From: Candidatus Nomurabacteria bacterium
GTDB taxonomy: Bacteria; Patescibacteriota; Minisyncoccia; Phycocordibacterales; UBA9973
Assembly: GCA_026396065.1 (NCBI GenBank)
Contig: JAPLXO010000008.1
Location: forward strand, 1,056 to 65,055
Length of the DNA: 64,000 nucleotides
Direction: 5' to 3'
Made by a program: the position numbers and the translations under genes. The stretch's first letter is position 1. Every line of letters starts with the position of its first letter. The notes beneath the pieces were generated by a model. It saw only the letters and a list, made by a program, of their open reading frames with translations. It made no database searches and was not told where the DNA came from. Positions 59,911 to 64,000 of this stretch are shown in pieces.

Positions 59911-60206
59911 CATCCTTACATACTGGAGTTTGTCAGTATGACAAAATAATTAAATGAACAAATACGAACAAAAGGCGGAGGTGGAGATTGATCTGCATGG
60001 GCATACGATGCCCGAGGCGGGGGGAGGTCTTGGATATTTTATTATATTTACCCATTCGTACGAATAGGTAAATAAACGTCATCCTTACAAACTGGAGTTT
60101 GTAAGGATGACGGAATGTTTAATGTAAGGAAATTTTAATACTAATTTTGTAGGAATTGTTACGAAGTCCAGCGACTTTAGTATACTAAAGTCGCTGGGCA
60201 GGAAAG
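59911..60206 (+). repeat. Direct-repeat module copy 1: palindrome B + smr 5' fragment + palindromes C, B, D
   Basis: Near-identical to 61386-61664. Confidence 0.88.
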
Positions 60207-60237
60207 TGTCAATATTTAAATTAAAAGTTTTCCATAG

Positions 60238-60266
60238 TTGATAGTGAACAAATGTTCACATATAAT
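60238..60266 (+). promoter_or_regulatory. Sigma70 promoter with palindromic operator GTGAAC-AAAT-GTTCAC in the spacer
   Basis: TTGATA (60238) + 17 nt + TATAAT (60261), ATG 6 nt later. Confidence 0.65.
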
Positions 60267-60272
60267 ATAAGT

Positions 60273-61292
60273 ATGAAGAAAGTAATTAAAAAAATACAAA
60301 AGAATACAAAAAACGACTTAGTCATTTATCAAGCAAAGTCAGGGGCTATTGAGTTCCGTGGTGATTTTAATAAGGAGACTATTTGGGCTACACAGGCGCA
60401 AATCGCTGAGATTTTCGGTGTTAATTCACAAGCGATAACAAAACATATAACTAATATTTATAAAGAAAAAGAACTTAGTCAAAAGGCAACTTGTTCCAAA
60501 ATGGAACAAGTTCGAATGGAAGGTAACAGACAAATTAAAAGAAATTTAGATATATATAACTTAGATATTGTTATTGCAGTTGGATATAGAATTAATTCAA
60601 AAATTGCCACTCAATTTCGTATCTGGGCTACAAAGACTCTTCGTGAGCATATTGTAAAAGGTTATACCGTAAACGAAAAGAGATTGCTTCAAGTTACAGA
60701 TAAATTCAGAGAATTACAAAATACTGTTTTGTTCTTGCAGGAAAAATCTCAGAAAGAATTACTTTCAGGCCAAGAAAACGAAGTTTTGAATTTACTCGCA
60801 TCTTATGCAAAGACTCTCACTATCCTCGATGAATATGACAAGGGAGATTTAAAACAAGTCAAAGGAGAAAAAGCAAAATTTATTTTAACTTATGAAAAAT
60901 CCATAGAGATACTCGTCGAAGTTAAAAAAGAATTGATGGCAAAAGGCGAAGCAGGAGAACTTTTTGGAAATGAACGCGATGGATCTTTTGATGGAATAAT
61001 AAAAGGCTTGTATCAGACATTTGGTGGTAAAGAATTATATGCAACGCTTGAAACTAAAGCAGCGCATTTACTGTACCTCATCATCAAAGATCATCCGCTT
61101 TCAGATGGTAACAAGCGTACAGCGTCTTTCCTGTTTGTATATTTCTTGGACAAGAATAATGCACTTTATAGAAAAAATGGAGAAAAGAAAATAAACGACA
61201 ACGCGCTCGCTGCGCTCGCGCTCCTCATTGCCGAAAGTAATCCAAATGAAAAGGATATTATGGTGGCTCTTATAACGCAGTTATTAAATTAA
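60273..61292 (+). CDS. Virulence protein RhuM-like / Fic-DOC fusion
   Basis: TIWATQAQIAEIF, YNLDIVIAVGYRINS, ATQFRIWAT; C-terminal HPLSDGNKRTA. Confidence 0.9.
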   Translation: MKKVIKKIQKNTKNDLVIYQAKSGAIEFRGDFNKETIWATQAQIAEIFGVNSQAITKHITNIYKEKELSQKATCSKMEQVRMEGNRQIKRNLDIYNLDIVIAVGYRINSKIATQFRIWATKTLREHIVKGYTVNEKRLLQVTDKFRELQNTVLFLQEKSQKELLSGQENEVLNLLASYAKTLTILDEYDKGDLKQVKGEKAKFILTYEKSIEILVEVKKELMAKGEAGELFGNERDGSFDGIIKGLYQTFGGKELYATLETKAAHLLYLIIKDHPLSDGNKRTASFLFVYFLDKNNALYRKNGEKKINDNALAALALLIAESNPNEKDIMVALITQLLN

Positions 61293-61363
61293 TGCCAAAC
61301 AAATACGAACAAAAAGCCGAAATAGAAATAGATTTACATGGATATACGATGCTCGAGGCGGGG
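61292..61363 (+). pseudogene. smr 5' fragment (72 bp), start overlaps the upstream stop
   Basis: Matches 62675-62746 and ends at GAGGCGGGG. Confidence 0.85.
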
Positions 61364-61385
61364 AATATTTCAGATTATAAATAGT

Positions 61386-61664
61386 CATACTTACATACTG
61401 GAGTTTGTAAGTATGATAAAAAATATGCCAAACAAATACGAACAAAAGGCCGAAATAGAAATAGATTTACATGGATATACAATGCTTGAGGCGGGGGGAG
61501 GTCTTGGATATTTTATTATATTTACCCATTCGTACGAATAGGTAAATAAACGTCATCCTTACAAACACGGAATGTTTAATATAAGGAAAATTTTAATACA
61601 GGTTTTGTAGGAATTGTTACGAAGCCCAGCGACTTTAGTATACTAAAGTCGCTGGGCAGGAAAG
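61386..61664 (+). repeat. Direct-repeat module copy 2 (internal palindrome B has lost 17 bp)
   Basis: Near-identical to 59911-60206; smr fragment at 61425-61496. Confidence 0.88.
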
Positions 61665-61777
61665 GTTTTATTCTAATTTTACTTGTTTTAAAGTCCAAAA
61701 GCGTGAAAAAGGCTACTTTTTAGCATATTTTCACGCTTTTGTTGACAAAACAGTGAAAAAGACTATAATTAGTATAT

Positions 61778-62668
61778 ATGGCAAAAATACCAGCAGTATT
61801 TAATAAAATTAACTCTCTTAGGGAGAGATATTACAAAGCTTCTACTGGTAAAGAAGCGCTTATTAATCTTGTCAGTGAAGCCGAAGTCGCTGAACAAGTG
61901 TATAACTCAAATGCTATTGAAAATAGCACTCTAACACTCGAGGAAACAGAAAAAATTCTTTTGCAAATTGATCTCGATAGATATATCAACGAGCGCGAGA
62001 TTTTTGAAGCTAAAAATCTCGCGCGAGTGGTGTCATATATCGAAAAACGTTCGAAAGAACAAGATCTAACTCTCGAAGTAATATTGTCACTTCATAAAAT
62101 GTTGATTTCAAATATTCGCGATGATATCGCAGGTAGATTTCGAAAAGATAAAGAATTTGTACGAGTAGGTAGTCATATTGCTCCTTCTCCACAAGAAATA
62201 CTTGAGAGACTAGAGAACATGCTTGCAGAATACAATGCAAATAGCCACGAAAGTATTGTGAAGCGTATTGCGCGACTACATCTAGTATTTGAGCATACTC
62301 ATCCATTTGTCGATGGTAATGGACGTATCGGACGTGTATTAAACAATTATCTTTTAATTCGTGAAGGATTTGTCCCTATCAATATTAAATTTATAGATCG
62401 TAAGAAATATTATAATGCGTTTAAAGAATTTGATGAAAAAGGAAAAACAAAAATAATGGAAGAAATTGTCGCTAAAGCTTTGACCAATAGTTATCACAAA
62501 CGTTTAGCGTATTTAGAAAATAAAAAAATTGTTACATTAGTAGAATATGCAAAATCTAATAAGATTTCTCATTCAAATCTTATTAACAAAGCTACTCGTC
62601 AAACAATTGATGCTTTTTTAGAAAAAGGTATTTGGAAAATTGGTATTGAATATAATAAGACTAAATAA
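61778..62668 (+). CDS. Fic family protein with probable C-terminal HTH
   Basis: SNAIEN, HPFVDGNGRIGR catalytic motif; TTGACA/TATAAT promoter. Confidence 0.92.
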   Translation: MAKIPAVFNKINSLRERYYKASTGKEALINLVSEAEVAEQVYNSNAIENSTLTLEETEKILLQIDLDRYINEREIFEAKNLARVVSYIEKRSKEQDLTLEVILSLHKMLISNIRDDIAGRFRKDKEFVRVGSHIAPSPQEILERLENMLAEYNANSHESIVKRIARLHLVFEHTHPFVDGNGRIGRVLNNYLLIREGFVPINIKFIDRKKYYNAFKEFDEKGKTKIMEEIVAKALTNSYHKRLAYLENKKIVTLVEYAKSNKISHSNLINKATRQTIDAFLEKGIWKIGIEYNKTK

Positions 62669-62674
62669 AATCTA

Positions 62675-62941
62675 ATGCCAAACAAATACGAACAAAAAGC
62701 CGAAATAGAAATAGATTTACACGGATACACGATGCTTGAGGCGGGGAGTGTTTTAGACGATTTATTTCGTGAAGCAAAGTACAAACATGTCAGAATAATT
62801 ACAGGCAAAGGCAAGAATAGCGAGAATGGTCCCGTCTTGCCGAACTTTGTGCGAAACTATTTGAATTCCCGCGGGGTGCATTACAATCAATCCAAACTTC
62901 AATCCGGCGGCGAAGGCGCACTCGAGGTTTTTCTCCGTTAA
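62675..62941 (+). CDS. Smr/MutS2 domain protein
   Basis: IDLHG, IITGKG.NS, GGEGALEV. Confidence 0.92.
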   Translation: MPNKYEQKAEIEIDLHGYTMLEAGSVLDDLFREAKYKHVRIITGKGKNSENGPVLPNFVRNYLNSRGVHYNQSKLQSGGEGALEVFLR

Positions 62942-62978
62942 AATTCTCTCCACCCCCCCCTCACTTTCGACTTATCCA

Positions 62979-63010
62979 CATACCAACATACTGGAGTTTG
63001 TAAGGATGAC
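62979..63010 (+). repeat. Palindrome B copy
   Basis: cataccaacatactggagtttgtaaggatgac. Confidence 0.8.
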
Positions 63011-63026
63011 GTTTTGTAATATGACT

Positions 63027-63317
63027 ATGGCAAAAATAAAAACAGCAAAACAAATGGAGCGACATTTGAAAGGCATGTCAAACCATCATCGTATCGAGAT
63101 TTTATTATTAGTGGGGAAGCAAAGTGGAATTACACTCGATCAGATTATCGGGTTACTCAACGCGAATCCGAAAACAATAGGTGAGCATACACGCCGACTG
63201 CATAATGCTGGTTTAATAAATAAAAAATACAAAGGCAAATTTGTACAACATTCATTATCTCCATACGGAAAAACTTTTTATAATTTTCTCAAAGCATTTC
63301 AAAACCTCACTCAATAA
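63027..63317 (+). CDS. ArsR/MarR-like winged-helix protein
   Basis: NHHRIEILLL...EHTRRLHNAGLI pattern; flanked by palindrome B copies. Confidence 0.8.
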   Translation: MAKIKTAKQMERHLKGMSNHHRIEILLLVGKQSGITLDQIIGLLNANPKTIGEHTRRLHNAGLINKKYKGKFVQHSLSPYGKTFYNFLKAFQNLTQ

Positions 63318-63327
63318 TTTAAATACA

Positions 63328-63363
63328 TGTCATCCTTACATACTGGAGTTTGTAAGGATGACA
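63328..63363 (+). repeat. Palindrome B copy
   Basis: tgtcatccttacatactggagtttgtaaggatgaca. Confidence 0.85.
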
Positions 63364-63395
63364 ATATACATTTTTATATGTGGTATACTTAACCC

Positions 63396-63935
63396 ATGAT
63401 AAAAACTACACTTGTGTTCGTTTCGGTTATCGCTCTTTTTGCGGTAGGCTCTTTGGTTATTTCTCACAACAAAACTGTTGTTGTACAGAAACCGGTTATT
63501 ACCAACTTTGAAGAATGTGTCAGAGATGGTCGTCCTATCATGGAGACATATCCTCGTCAGTGTCGTGATGATAGTGGTCATGTATTTACTGAAGTTGTAG
63601 TATCGCCAGTGACTCCACCAGTATCAGATGTTCAAAATTTTAGTACAGAATATTTATTGAATATCGATGGACATATTACGTTGCCTGATGGGCTCACTGT
63701 TACATTGAAAAAAGTAAATGATTCACGTTGTCCAAAAGGTGTCACGTGTGTTTGGGCAGGAGAACTCGCACCAGTGTTGTCGGTAATGGGTGGATATTTT
63801 GGCACTGCGGTTCAAGAAGTAATTATTGGTACAGTCAGAAATCAAAGTGATACAACTGGTGGATATACATTTGCTATTCGATCTGCGACAATAGAAAGCG
63901 CAAACATTGTAGTATATAGAGGTGTTTCAAATTAG
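63396..63935 (+). CDS. Membrane-anchored hypothetical protein with Cys motifs
   Basis: N-terminal TM, ITNFEECV..G.PIMETYPRQC and DSRCPKGVTCVWAG motifs. Confidence 0.8.
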   Translation: MIKTTLVFVSVIALFAVGSLVISHNKTVVVQKPVITNFEECVRDGRPIMETYPRQCRDDSGHVFTEVVVSPVTPPVSDVQNFSTEYLLNIDGHITLPDGLTVTLKKVNDSRCPKGVTCVWAGELAPVLSVMGGYFGTAVQEVIIGTVRNQSDTTGGYTFAIRSATIESANIVVYRGVSN

Positions 63936-64000
63936 ATATTAAAACAATGTATTATATTTATATCGTACAATGCGCAGACAAGAGTTTATATACTGGTATC

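Noticed and set aside
61338-61541. 67-aa ORF as a real gene
   Set aside because: It is a chimera of palindrome B, an smr 5' fragment and palindrome C.
62972-62980. DnaA box TTATCCACA as an origin marker
   Set aside because: Single copy, no cluster, no dnaA/dnaN nearby.
59911-63363. Palindrome B copies as a CRISPR array
   Set aside because: Spacing is irregular (about 170-1400 bp) with whole genes between copies, and there are no cas genes.
59911-63363. Canonical integron attC sites
   Set aside because: No RYYYAAC...GTTRRRY outer core sites, shorter than typical attC, and no intI in the window.

Overview
AT-rich bacterial chromosome segment. Gene content and style point to Patescibacteria/CPR, Parcubacteria-like (inference: intron-containing 23S, shortened RF2 and MetK, many small membrane proteins, no Shine-Dalgarno motifs). 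It opens with the 3' part of a 23S rRNA gene carrying two group I introns (L1931 partial, L2593 complete) and an apparent ~100-nt gap over the peptidyl-transferase centre, followed by 5S rRNA. Next come ~50 kb of core genes (rodA, folD, secDF, lemA-htpX, dapF, prfB, ftsEX, pyrG, rnj, secG, metK), 6 tRNAs and stand-alone accessory genes, including a Bacteroidota-style T9SS-CTD protein interrupted by one TAG. The last 12 kb is a defence region: an NYN RNase with a duplicated 3' hairpin unit, a type I R-M operon with two inserted genes, and an array in which Fic genes are separated by repeated 5' fragments of an smr gene and by a 34-bp palindrome found six times. Most core genes have a -10 box about 6 nt before the start codon (leaderless layout). 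No CRISPR array, integrase or transposase was seen.
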